This document shows positions 30,926 through 42,655 of a stretch of 64,000 nucleotides of DNA, one piece after another. Within the stretch, counting starts at the first letter, position 1. Each line of letters starts with the position of its first letter. The stretch is from an uncultured Gemmatimonadales bacterium (GTDB lineage Bacteria; Gemmatimonadota; Gemmatimonadetes; Longimicrobiales; RSA9). Where the stretch lies: the NCBI GenBank assembly GCA_963741945.1, contig CAVUKA010000003.1:448001-512000 (forward strand). Direction: 5' to 3'. The notes under the pieces are model-generated. The model made no database searches, was not told the origin of the DNA, and saw nothing but the letters and a program-made list of their open reading frames with translations. Both the position numbers and the translations under genes were made by a program.

Positions 30926-31375
30926 GTGGAAACGCTGCGATACCAGGACCTGTCCGACGACGACCGCGAACTCGTCGATGCGGCGCGGACGGCCACCGAG
31001 ACCGCCTATGCTCCCTACTCCCGGATCCGCGTGGGAGCCGCGCTGCGCACCGGCAGCGGCCGCGTGGTCACGGGATCGAACGTCGAGAACGCCGCCTACG
31101 GCGCCACGCTGTGCGCGGAGCGCATGGCCGTGGGACGGGCGAACGCCGAGGGTGAGCGCGCGTTCACGGCCGTGGCCGTGACCGCCCTCGGGGACTCCCT
31201 CCCGTCCGGGCACCCCGTAGCACCGTGCGGAACGTGTCGGCAGGTGCTCCACGAGATGGCGAGCGTCACGGGGACGAGCACGCGTGTCCTCATGGCGACC
31301 CCCGGCTCCGACGAGATCACCATCGCTTCGCTGCGCGACCTCCTGCCGCTGGCGTTCGACCGCCTCTCACGGTGA
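30926..31375 (+). CDS. cdd: Cytidine deaminase (tetrameric type)
   Basis: AYAPYS, VGAAL, GSNVENA, CAER, PCGTCRQ, LLPLAF; RBS GAGGAG. Confidence 0.93.
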   Translation: METLRYQDLSDDDRELVDAARTATETAYAPYSRIRVGAALRTGSGRVVTGSNVENAAYGATLCAERMAVGRANAEGERAFTAVAVTALGDSLPSGHPVAPCGTCRQVLHEMASVTGTSTRVLMATPGSDEITIASLRDLLPLAFDRLSR

Positions 31376-32217
31376 TCCTCCTCACCCGCCCCGCCGCCCT
31401 CCCGCTGCTGGACGCCATCGAGCGGGGGGACACCCTCGCCACCGCATCGCTCGACCTCGGCCGCTCGACGACATCGCTCGCGTTGGAGGACGGACGCGTC
31501 CGCTTCCCGGATGGGCAGACGATCGGCCTGGACGCGCTGCGCACCGTCGCCGACGCGCCGGAATCCGTGTTCGGCGTGCTCGAGAACCAGGTGGAGAAAG
31601 TCACGTGGTTCTCGCCGGAGACGAACAAGGTGTACACGCTCCGGGCCACGGAGGGGTGGCCGGCGCTGGAGATCTCGGGAATCCTGATGCACCGCATCAA
31701 GGGCACCGACCCGCGGCGTGACGCGGAGTCGAAGACGGCGGCCATCGCGCCCATCCGCGGTCGCGTCCTGGAAACGTGTTGCGGTCTCGGCTACTCCGCC
31801 ATCCACGCAGCGCGCACCGCCACCGAGGTAACCGTGTTCGAGATCGATCCGAACGTGCTGGACATGGCGCGGCTGAACCCGTATTCCTCGCCCATCTTCG
31901 ATCCGACCGGGAACATCGACGTGGTGAACGAGAACATCGCCGAGGCGATCCGCGACCTCCCCGGCGACGCATTCGACTTCATCATCCACGACCCGCCCAC
32001 GCTGGCCGTGGCCGGCGACCTCTACGGCGACGCCTTCTACCATCAGCTCCACCGTGTCCTCCGCCCCGGTGGCCGGCTCTTCCACTACACGGGCGATCCC
32101 GGCAGTCGGCACCGGCGCCAGGACCTGCCCGGCCGCGTCGCCCAGCGGCTGGCGGAAGCCGGGTTCAGCGCCGTCCGCCGCGAGCCGGAAGCGCTGGGCG
32201 TCTCGGCGAGGAAGTAG
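31372..32217 (+). CDS. Class I SAM methyltransferase resembling the 'predicted archaeal methyltransferase' family COG2521
   Basis: LEISGILMHR, VLETCCGLGYSA, FEIDPNVL, IIHDPP, AGDLY, GGRLFHYTGDPG; GTGA overlap with cdd. Confidence 0.78.
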   Translation: MILLTRPAALPLLDAIERGDTLATASLDLGRSTTSLALEDGRVRFPDGQTIGLDALRTVADAPESVFGVLENQVEKVTWFSPETNKVYTLRATEGWPALEISGILMHRIKGTDPRRDAESKTAAIAPIRGRVLETCCGLGYSAIHAARTATEVTVFEIDPNVLDMARLNPYSSPIFDPTGNIDVVNENIAEAIRDLPGDAFDFIIHDPPTLAVAGDLYGDAFYHQLHRVLRPGGRLFHYTGDPGSRHRRQDLPGRVAQRLAEAGFSAVRREPEALGVSARK

Positions 32218-32238
32218 CGCTCGCCCGGTACGGTCGCG

Positions 32239-33045
32239 TCAGTCCAGCATCCCCGTGGTGGGCGAGGACGGGACGGCCCACTCGCGCTTCGGCATGCGGC
32301 CGGCGAGATAGGCGATGCGCCCGGCTTGCACGGCGAAGTTCATGGCGCGGGCCATGGCGGCGGGCTTCCGGGCGGCGGCAAGGGCGGTGTTCATGAGGAT
32401 GCCATCGACGCCCTGCTCCATGGTGAGGCAGGCGTCCGAGGCCGTGCCCACGCCCGCATCCACGATGACGGGGACATCGAGGCGCGCCTTGATCTCACGC
32501 ACGTAGTACGGGTTGACCAGCCCCAGTCCGCTGCCGATGGGGCTGGCCAGCGGCATGACGGCTGCGCAGCCCACGTCCTCGAGCCGGAGGGCGGTGACCA
32601 CATCCTCGTTCGTGTACGCCAGCACCTTGAATCCCTCTCCGACCAGGACCTTGGCGGCCGCGAGCGTGGCCTGGGCATCCGGCAGGAGCGTGCGCTCGTC
32701 GCCGATGACTTCGAGCTTGACGAAGTCGCTCATCCCCGCCGAGCGGGCGAGCCGGGCGTAGCGGATGGCGTCCTCGGCCGTGTAGCAGCCCGCGGTGTTG
32801 GGGAGGAGGAAGATCTTCTTCGGATCCAGGTGATAGAGGAGCCCTTCCTCCCTGGTGCTGTCCAGATCGACGCGGCGCACGGCCACGGTCACGACTTCGG
32901 CTCCGGACGCGGCGATGGCGTCCACCATCTCCTGGTTCGTCGCGTACTTCCCCGTCCCCACGAACAGCCGGGAGCGGAACTCCCGCCCGGCGATCACCAG
33001 CGGCTGGTCCTGGATCTCCGGCGCCTGCACCATCGTCTCAGTCAT
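32239..33045 (-). CDS. thiG: Thiazole synthase
   Basis: SRLFVGTGKY, LPNTAGC, KLEVIGD, MPLASPIGSG, DAGVG. Confidence 0.97.
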   Translation of the reverse strand: MTETMVQAPEIQDQPLVIAGREFRSRLFVGTGKYATNQEMVDAIAASGAEVVTVAVRRVDLDSTREEGLLYHLDPKKIFLLPNTAGCYTAEDAIRYARLARSAGMSDFVKLEVIGDERTLLPDAQATLAAAKVLVGEGFKVLAYTNEDVVTALRLEDVGCAAVMPLASPIGSGLGLVNPYYVREIKARLDVPVIVDAGVGTASDACLTMEQGVDGILMNTALAAARKPAAMARAMNFAVQAGRIAYLAGRMPKREWAVPSSPTTGMLD

Positions 33046-33075
33046 CTCGTTCTATTCGTTCAGGGGTTCACCGTT

Positions 33076-33297
33076 TCAGCTTCCGCCACCCACGAAATGG
33101 ACCAGCTCCAGCACGTCCCCCGCCTCCACTTCCACCGCATCATAGTGCTCCCGGTCCAGGATCTCGCGGTTCCGCTCCACCACCACCAGGCCGGGGTGCA
33201 GGTCCAGCGATTCCAGGAACGCTTTCACCGTCAGTCCCGAATCGATGGTACGCGCCTCCCCGTTCACCGTCACCCCGATGGTCTCACGCCCGCTCAC
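33076..33297 (-). CDS. thiS: Sulfur carrier protein ThiS
   Basis: VTVNGE, VVERNREI, GDVLELVHFVGGG followed by Ser and stop. Confidence 0.93.
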   Translation of the reverse strand: MSGRETIGVTVNGEARTIDSGLTVKAFLESLDLHPGLVVVERNREILDREHYDAVEVEAGDVLELVHFVGGGS

Positions 33298-33923
33298 GTC
33301 CCGACCTCCATCGCTTCCAGATACGCTCCGGCCGACGCCACCGGGTCCGCCGCCGACCAGACGCCGCGGATCACCGCAACGCCGTACGCCCCCGCCTCCA
33401 CCGCCTCCACCGTGCGCTCCGGTGTCACACCGCCAATGGCGACCACCGGCCCGGCCGCGAGCCGCGCGGCCTCCCGCACCAGCTCCGTCCCCGCACCCGG
33501 CCGCCCCGGGTGCGACGCGGTCGCCCAGACCGTGCCCAGCAGGACGAAATCGGCGCCACTGCCCAGCGCCGAGGCCGCTTCCGCCGCGTCATGGGCGGAA
33601 TAGCCGATGGGCACAGCGGTCCCGAGCAGCCCGCGCGCGGCCTGGACCGGAAGCGAGCGAGCGCCCAGCTGCACGCCGCACGGATCCACGGCCAGCGCGA
33701 CGTCCACCCGGTCGTTCACCAGCACGCGTCCGCCCGCGGCGGCGGCTTCCGCCGACAGCGTCCGCGCCAGGTCGAACAGCTTCCGGACGGGCATGCCCGC
33801 GCTGCGCAGGTGGAGCGCCACGCCCGCGCCATGCGCGCGCAGCAGCGCCCGGGCGCGCCCGGTGAAGTCCGGCCGGCCCAGGACATCATCGTTCGTGACG
33901 ACGTGGAGCCGGGGGAGCCTCAC
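33294..33923 (-). CDS. thiE: Thiamine-phosphate synthase / TenI-like
   Basis: VNDRVDVA, GYSAH, GADFV, TASHPG, VAIGGV, GVAVIRG. Confidence 0.85.
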   Translation of the reverse strand: MRLPRLHVVTNDDVLGRPDFTGRARALLRAHGAGVALHLRSAGMPVRKLFDLARTLSAEAAAAGGRVLVNDRVDVALAVDPCGVQLGARSLPVQAARGLLGTAVPIGYSAHDAAEAASALGSGADFVLLGTVWATASHPGRPGAGTELVREAARLAAGPVVAIGGVTPERTVEAVEAGAYGVAVIRGVWSAADPVASAGAYLEAMEVGT

Positions 33924-34867
33924 TCGAGTCGGTCTCCGGGGCGCGCTCCCCGCCCCCGCACCCACTCCGCCGCCGTCATCCGCCGCTTCCCGGCGGGCTT
34001 CACCTCCCGGAGCCAGAGCGCTCCATCGGCGCAGGCGACGAGCAGCCCTTCCTCGACATGGGACGGCTCAGCAGCGACTACGGTGCCCGGCTCCGCGGCG
34101 GTGCCCACCCCAGGCCCGGCCACGCGCGGGCGGTAGACTTTCACCTCCTCGCCCGCGAGCAGCGTCCAGGCGCCCGGGACGGAGTCCATGCCACGCACGT
34201 GATCGGCCACGGCCGCGGCGGGGCGGGCCCAGTCCACGCGGGCATCGTCGCGGGCGATGCGCGGGGCGTACGTGGCCGCGGCGTCATCCTGCGGCCGGGC
34301 GTCCAGTGCGCCCGCTTCCATGAGCGCCAGTGTCTCGATGAGCGTCTCGGCCCCGAGCTCGCTCAGGCGCACCGTCAGGTCGCTGGCCGTCTCCTCCGGC
34401 AGGATCGGCTCCTCCACCTGCATGAGGATGGGCCCGGCGTCGAGGGCTTCCACCATGCGCATGGTGGTGATGCCGGTGGTCCGGTGCCCGCGGATCAGCG
34501 CCCAGTTCACCGGCGCGGCGCCCCGCAGCGCGGGGAGGAGGGAGGCGTGCACGTTGACGGAGCCGAACGACGGCACGTCCAGAACCTCGCGCGACAGGAT
34601 CTGGCCGTAAGCCACGACCACACTCAGCTCCGGCTCCAGCTTGCGGATGACGTCCACGAAGTCGGCGGAGCGCGCCCGCTCCGGCTGCAGGACCGGGAGC
34701 ATCTCGTTCTCCGCGAACTGCTTCACCGGCGGCGCGGTGAGGGTTCGACCGCGACCCCGGTGCCGGTCGGGCTGCGTCACAACGCCGACCACATCGTGGC
34801 CCTCGCCCAGCAGCGCGGCCAGCGACGGGAGCGCGAAATCCGGAGTACCCCAGAAGAGGATCCGCAC
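33920..34867 (-). CDS. fmt: Methionyl-tRNA formyltransferase
   Basis: GTPDFA, VTQPD, NVHASLLP, RGAAP, LDAGP. Confidence 0.97.
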   Translation of the reverse strand: MRILFWGTPDFALPSLAALLGEGHDVVGVVTQPDRHRGRGRTLTAPPVKQFAENEMLPVLQPERARSADFVDVIRKLEPELSVVVAYGQILSREVLDVPSFGSVNVHASLLPALRGAAPVNWALIRGHRTTGITTMRMVEALDAGPILMQVEEPILPEETASDLTVRLSELGAETLIETLALMEAGALDARPQDDAAATYAPRIARDDARVDWARPAAAVADHVRGMDSVPGAWTLLAGEEVKVYRPRVAGPGVGTAAEPGTVVAAEPSHVEEGLLVACADGALWLREVKPAGKRRMTAAEWVRGRGARPGDRLE

Positions 34868-34871
34868 GGCC

Positions 34872-35390
34872 CTACGCGCTCGAGGTCTCGGGCTCCGGCT
34901 TCACCTTCTCCCACTTCTTCAACGCCATCTTCCGCTTCAACGGCGTCAGCCGGTCGAAAAAGAGGATCCCATCGAGGTGGTCCACCTCGTGCTGCAGCAC
35001 GCGGGCGAGCAGCCCCTCGGCCTCGATACGTACGGGGTTGCCATCCAGATCCAGCGCTTCCACCACCGCCGTGGTCGCGCGCTCCACCACGTCGCGAACG
35101 CCCGGGATGCTGAGGCACCCCTCCTCCACCCGGTCCCGCTCCTTCCCGGTTTCCACGACGCTCGGATTCACCAGCGCCACCGGCTCCACACCTTCCTCCC
35201 GCGGGTCCACCACGATCAGGCGCATGAGGAGCCCCACCTGTGGTGCGGCCAGGCCCACGCCATCGGCCTCGTACATGGTGTCGAACATGTCGCGAGCCAG
35301 GCGACGAACCGACTCGTCCACTTCTGGCACTTCGGCCGCCTTCTCCCGCAGCACCGGATCGCCCATCAGGCGGATGTCCAGCGAACCCAT
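34872..35390 (-). CDS. def: Peptide deformylase
   Basis: GVGLAAPQ, EGCLS, QHEVDHLDG. Confidence 0.97.
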   Translation of the reverse strand: MGSLDIRLMGDPVLREKAAEVPEVDESVRRLARDMFDTMYEADGVGLAAPQVGLLMRLIVVDPREEGVEPVALVNPSVVETGKERDRVEEGCLSIPGVRDVVERATTAVVEALDLDGNPVRIEAEGLLARVLQHEVDHLDGILFFDRLTPLKRKMALKKWEKVKPEPETSSA

Positions 35391-35398
35391 CCCTCCTC

Positions 35399-37970
<2,572 letters not shown>

Positions 37971-38004
37971 GGCGGGCGAAAGAAAGCGACACGCCGGTCG
38001 AAAT

Positions 38005-38201
38005 GCAAAGGCGCGAAGGAGGCGAAGAGCGCGGAGAACCCCACGGCTCTCACGCGGAGACGCGAAGAGCGCGGAGGGGCACGCGTGGGCCTGCGGTGCG
38101 CGGGCGGAGTCCGGTCACCGGGCTACGCCCCCAGTCATTCGTAAGGGGGGGCGCCCCGCGGCGTCCGGGAGAGGCAGCGCTTTCGCCCGGGAATGCGCCC
38201 T
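38005..38201. repeat. CGCGGAG-arm element, copy 2: left arm (38051-38078) plus ~120-bp core; right arm absent
   Basis: aaccccacggctctcacgcggagacgcgaagagcgcggaggg resembles the reverse complement of the 38-bp unit at 56.1-56.5 kb; core aligns colinearly with 56016-56135. Confidence 0.8.
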
Positions 38202-39244
38202 CAGCCGTTCCCGAAAAGGTTGATCTGCCCGCGCTCGCCGAGATCCTCGGGGATCGCGTAGCCGAAGCGGTGGAAGGCACGGCGCGTCGCCACCCGTCCC
38301 CGGGGCGTGCGCATCAGGAACCCGTTCTGGATCAGGAACGGCTCGTAGACCTCCTCTATCGTGCCGGGATCCTCGCCCACGGCCACCGCCAGCGTGTTCA
38401 GCCCCGCGGGGCCGCCATCGAAGTTCTCGATGAGCGTTTTCAGGATGCGTCCATCCATCTCGTCGAGGCCGTACTCGTCCACGTCCAGCATCCGGAGCGC
38501 GTCGTCCGCCACCTCGTCCGTGATCACGCCGTCCGCGCGGACCTGGGCGAAGTCCCGGACCCGGCGCAACAGCCGGTTGGCGACGCGCGGCGTGCCGCGA
38601 CTCCGCTTGGCGATCTCCTCCACGCCCGGGGCCGTGGTGCCCACGCCCAGGATCTCCGCGCTGCGGACCACGATGTCCACGAGCTCCTCCGACCCATAAT
38701 AGTTGAGCCGCTGGATGATGCCGAAGCGAGCCCGCATCGGAGGCGTGAGCAGCCCGAAGCGGGTGGTCGCCCCGACCAGCGTGAAGCGCTCCACCGGCAT
38801 GGTGATGGTCTGCGCCTTCGGACCCTCGCTCAGCCGGATGTCGATCCGGTAGTCCTCCATGGCCGGGTAGAGGAACTCCTCTATGATCGGGCGCAGCCGA
38901 TGGATCTCGTCGATGAAGAGGATGTCCCCCGCCTCCAGGTTGGTGAGCAGGCCAACCAGGTCCGCCGGCTTCTCCAGCACCGGTCCCGATGTGGTCTTCA
39001 TCTGCACGCCCAGCTCGCGGGCCATCAGCATGGCCAGCGTGGTCTTCCCCAGCCCCGGGGGGCCATGGAAGAGCGTGTGGTCCAGCGGCTCGCGCCGTTG
39101 CTGCGCTGCGTCGATGGCAATGCGCAGCGACTCCTTCACCTTGGCCTGGCCGATGAACTCCGCCAGCCGCTGCGGCCGCAGCGAGAGCTCGACATCCTGC
39201 TCGTCGGTGATCGGTTCCGGAGTGGTGATCTCGGGGCGGTTCAT
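38201..39244 (-). CDS. ruvB: Holliday junction branch-migration helicase RuvB
   Basis: [47 protein letters not shown]. Confidence 0.98.
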   Translation of the reverse strand: MNRPEITTPEPITDEQDVELSLRPQRLAEFIGQAKVKESLRIAIDAAQQRREPLDHTLFHGPPGLGKTTLAMLMARELGVQMKTTSGPVLEKPADLVGLLTNLEAGDILFIDEIHRLRPIIEEFLYPAMEDYRIDIRLSEGPKAQTITMPVERFTLVGATTRFGLLTPPMRARFGIIQRLNYYGSEELVDIVVRSAEILGVGTTAPGVEEIAKRSRGTPRVANRLLRRVRDFAQVRADGVITDEVADDALRMLDVDEYGLDEMDGRILKTLIENFDGGPAGLNTLAVAVGEDPGTIEEVYEPFLIQNGFLMRTPRGRVATRRAFHRFGYAIPEDLGERGQINLFGNG

Positions 39245-39532
39245 TGACCTCGAAGGTATCACACCCGCCGCCCCTTCGGCCAGTCTTCGGGAGGACGGGA
39301 CGCCAGAGCGGGCTACGCTGGCAGCGCGGGCGAAGCAAGCTGCGGTCAACCCCGCGCCGCTTGACGGAATGCCTCGGATGGCTTCGTGTGCCCCCCGGCC
39401 TGCCCCGAGCCTGCCCCCGCAGGCTTTCCACGATGTCGTCCTTCGTGCCTTCCCCCTTGCCCGCGAACTTCCATTCGTGAATCTGTGTACAAAGCCCCGG
39501 ACACATACATCCCTGTCCCTGGAGAGAGAGCA

Positions 39533-40144
39533 ATGAACCGTTCCGGTAGAGCGATCGGAGTGCTGCTGCTGGCGCTCCTGGCCGTCGGGGGGACGGCGTG
39601 CGCGAAGCGCGTCTCGCGCATCGACCCATCCAGCGTCACCGACCTGTCCGGCCGCTGGAACGACACGGACTCGCGCCTGGTGGCGAACGCGCTGATCGAG
39701 CAGACGCTCGGCGGCGGCTGGGTCTCGCGGTACACGGGCGCGCACGGCGGGGAGTCGCCGGCAGTGATCGTGGGCGGCTTCCGCAACCGGACGATGGAGC
39801 ACATCCCGGTGAACACGTTCATCAGTGACCTGGAGCGGGCGCTGATCAACTCGGGCGCGGTGACCATGGTGGCGAGCCCTGGGGCGCGGGACGAGATCCG
39901 TGGGGAGCGGACGGACCAGCAGGAGAACGCGCGTGCGGACACGCGGGCGAGGATGGCGCAGGAGCTCGGGGCGAACTACATGCTCCAGGGCGAGATCACG
40001 GCCATCGAGGACGAGGAGGGCCGGGAGAAGGTGGTCTACTACCAGGTGGATGCCACGCTGACGGACGTGGAGAGCAACGTGAAGGTCTGGGCCGGGCAGC
40101 ACCGGATCAAGAAGTATATCGAGCGGCCCCGTATCGGATGGTGA
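39533..40144 (+). CDS. LpoB-like (penicillin-binding protein activator / CsgG-like fold) lipoprotein
   Basis: Lipobox [44 protein letters not shown] motifs. Confidence 0.8.
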   Translation: MNRSGRAIGVLLLALLAVGGTACAKRVSRIDPSSVTDLSGRWNDTDSRLVANALIEQTLGGGWVSRYTGAHGGESPAVIVGGFRNRTMEHIPVNTFISDLERALINSGAVTMVASPGARDEIRGERTDQQENARADTRARMAQELGANYMLQGEITAIEDEEGREKVVYYQVDATLTDVESNVKVWAGQHRIKKYIERPRIGW

Positions 40145-40155
40145 GGAGACGCCCC

Positions 40156-40974
40156 ATGAGGAAGACGACCATGAAGACGCTGCCGCTGCTGTCGCTGGCC
40201 GCGCTCGTGACGGCGGCGGGATGCGCGCCGAAGCGCGTGAACCAGGCACCGATCCTGGAGAACGATGATCGGGTGCCGGAAGTGAGCACGGGCTCCGCGG
40301 CGGCGGAGGCGGCGAGCCAGCAGGCATACCAGCAGATGGACCGGGATTCCATCGCCGCGGCGGCGCTGGCCTCCTGCGCCGGTGAGATCTGCACCGCGGT
40401 CACGCGCGGCGAGCTGGCGCTGGGAATGAACGAGACGCAGGTGCTGGCGGCCACGCGCACCACGTACTCCGCCTGGACGGTGCGACGCGCGGCCGGCACG
40501 TCCGTCATGGTGCCCCGGAGCCTGCAGTACGCCCCGGACGATGCCACGGGTGAGGTCGCCATGGTGCAGGTGGCGGACGGGCGGGTCCGCTCCTACAGCT
40601 ACCGGGAGCCGCAGGGGATCCGGGTGGTCAGCACGCCGGCGGACGCCACTACGGCGGGCCGGGCGGCGGCGATGGCGGACATGCTCGTGCGCGAGGGCGA
40701 CGACTACATGGCGCGCGGGGAGTTCGACCTGGCGCTCAACCGCTATGACCGCGCGTCGGTGCTGAAAGTGGACGACCCCGAAGTCACGTACCGGATCGCC
40801 ACGACGCTGGACAAGGCACTGCGACCCATCGAGGCGCAGATCCAGTACGAGCTGTTCCTGCACCAGATGGATCTGGAGAAGATCCAGGCGTATGGCGACA
40901 TGTACGCGAAGATGGCGGACGCCATCGCGCACGCCCGGGAGCGGTTGATCGTGCTCGAGAAGCGGAACCCCTGA
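40156..40974 (+). CDS. Uncharacterised lipoprotein with a BamE/SmpA-like motif and C-terminal TPR-like helices
   Basis: Lipobox [37 protein letters not shown]-like; RBS GAGGAG. Confidence 0.65.
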   Translation: MRKTTMKTLPLLSLAALVTAAGCAPKRVNQAPILENDDRVPEVSTGSAAAEAASQQAYQQMDRDSIAAAALASCAGEICTAVTRGELALGMNETQVLAATRTTYSAWTVRRAAGTSVMVPRSLQYAPDDATGEVAMVQVADGRVRSYSYREPQGIRVVSTPADATTAGRAAAMADMLVREGDDYMARGEFDLALNRYDRASVLKVDDPEVTYRIATTLDKALRPIEAQIQYELFLHQMDLEKIQAYGDMYAKMADAIAHARERLIVLEKRNP

Positions 40975-40987
40975 GGCGGGGACGGCC

Positions 40988-42529
40988 GTGCGCCTGAAGC
41001 GCGCGCGGTGGGCCGTGGCGCTGGCCGCGGCCCTCCCGCTGTCCGGCTGCGCCGCCATGCTCGGCGGCTACGACCTCGCGCCCAGCGGGCTGCCTCGATC
41101 CGAGGACGCCCTGCGGCGCGACCTGGCCACGCGCGCGCCGGTCACGTACCGGAGCATGATCGACGGGGAGCGGGCGCTCCCGGACGACGACCTGCTCCGG
41201 CTCCTCTACGCGGCCCTCGCCGGGCGCTACGCCGGCGCGTACGACGAGAGCAGTCATCTCCTCGACGTGGCCTCCTACCTGGCCGAGGACCGGGTCACCA
41301 CCAGCGTGAGTCGCCAAGCGCTCAGCCTGATCACCAACGACCGCGCCCTGGCGTACGTGCCCGGGCGGACCGAGCGGCTGATGATCCCCTACACCGCCGC
41401 GGTCGACTACCTGTCGGCGGGTGATCCTGACGGCGCCGCCGTGGAAGCCCGCCGCATCGAGGCGCTGCTGGACCGGTTCGATGACGGCGTCGCGCCGGCC
41501 GACGTCCCGGCCGGAAGCCGGTTCCTCCACTATTTCGCGGGCACGGTGTTCGAGGCCGCCCACGACTGGAACGCCGCGGACGTGGCGTATCGCAGGGCCC
41601 GACCGATGACCGCGATGCTCCGTGCGCCGGCGGACGATGGCGCGAAGGCGGACTCCGGGGCAGCCACGCTCCTGCCGGGCGAGGATTCCGCCGGAGGCAG
41701 CGGCCTTGCCAGTCACGGCCCGGTCACCGACGCGCTCGCCGCCGGGGATTCAGTCGGGGAGGTGGTGGTGCTGGTGGAGCACGGCTTCGTGCCGCACCGG
41801 GTCGAGCAGTCGGTGATCGTGGTGGTACCGTCGTTCCAGATGGCCCACCTGACGGGCGGCTCCATCGGCGAGCGAGCCGCCGTGGCCGCAGAGGCCGCGA
41901 CACGGCTGCTGGTGACGGCCAGCCAGCAGTACGGGGACCGGAGCGGCTTTTACCGGGATCCCGGATACCAGCGGCCGATCCGTCTCGCGCCCTGGCGGGA
42001 CGACTGCGGTCCGGGCGAGAGCCGCTGCGACGGCGACTCGGACCCCTACCTCCTCCGGATCTCCTGGCCCGTGCTGTACCAGGAGCCCGCTCCGGCGCCG
42101 CGGGTCCGGGTCCGGGCCGGCGAGTACGGGGCGGATGCCGTCGCCCGATTCGACCTGGCCGAGAGCGCGCGCGCCGATTTCGCCGCGGAGCGGGCCACCA
42201 TCGTGGCGCGCACGATGCTGCGGGCCGTGGCGAAGGTGGCCGTCTCGGCGGGCGTGAAGGAAGCCGTTTCGAAGAAGGACGAAGTGGCGGGCGACGTGGC
42301 GGGGCTGCTGACGAACCTGGGCACAATGCTGACGGAGCGGGCCGACACCCGGTGCTGGCAGCTGCTCCCGGGCTCGATCACCATGGTCCGGCTGCGACTG
42401 CCAGCGGGGACGCACGAGCTGACGCTGGAGCCGGACGGGCCGCGCGATGGCGGCCGCGTCACGTCGCTCGGTGCCGTCACCGTGAGACCGGGTGGAATCA
42501 CGTTCGTGGCCACGCGCCAGTGGCGGTGA
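40988..42529 (+). CDS. COG3014-like TPR lipoprotein
   Basis: Lipobox LSGC; SLITNDRALAY, AAVEARR, EHGFVP, TERADTRCWQLLP motifs. Confidence 0.75.
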   Translation: MRLKRARWAVALAAALPLSGCAAMLGGYDLAPSGLPRSEDALRRDLATRAPVTYRSMIDGERALPDDDLLRLLYAALAGRYAGAYDESSHLLDVASYLAEDRVTTSVSRQALSLITNDRALAYVPGRTERLMIPYTAAVDYLSAGDPDGAAVEARRIEALLDRFDDGVAPADVPAGSRFLHYFAGTVFEAAHDWNAADVAYRRARPMTAMLRAPADDGAKADSGAATLLPGEDSAGGSGLASHGPVTDALAAGDSVGEVVVLVEHGFVPHRVEQSVIVVVPSFQMAHLTGGSIGERAAVAAEAATRLLVTASQQYGDRSGFYRDPGYQRPIRLAPWRDDCGPGESRCDGDSDPYLLRISWPVLYQEPAPAPRVRVRAGEYGADAVARFDLAESARADFAAERATIVARTMLRAVAKVAVSAGVKEAVSKKDEVAGDVAGLLTNLGTMLTERADTRCWQLLPGSITMVRLRLPAGTHELTLEPDGPRDGGRVTSLGAVTVRPGGITFVATRQWR

Positions 42530-42655
42530 GGCGCCCTTTGCCGCCGCCCCCCCTGCTGGTACCTTTCCCCTTCACTTTGCCCCGAACCCGCGCCCGAGCA
42601 TGCCTCGCCCTCGCCGCCTGGCATTGAACGACCCCGTGGCGGACGACCGCTGACC

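Noticed and set aside
32239-33965. TPP riboswitch for thiE-thiS-thiG
   Set aside because: thiE overlaps the fmt stop; no intergenic room and no TPP consensus seen
38090-38144. Integron-integrase C-terminal remnant (GGVRSP in one frame)
   Set aside because: Only a 6-residue resemblance; the homologous 56-kb core has a stop in that frame; no attC-like structure recognised
39245-40327. 708-aa RuvB with long N-terminal extension
   Set aside because: Extension is antisense to the LpoB-like gene; RuvB homology starts at ATG 39244
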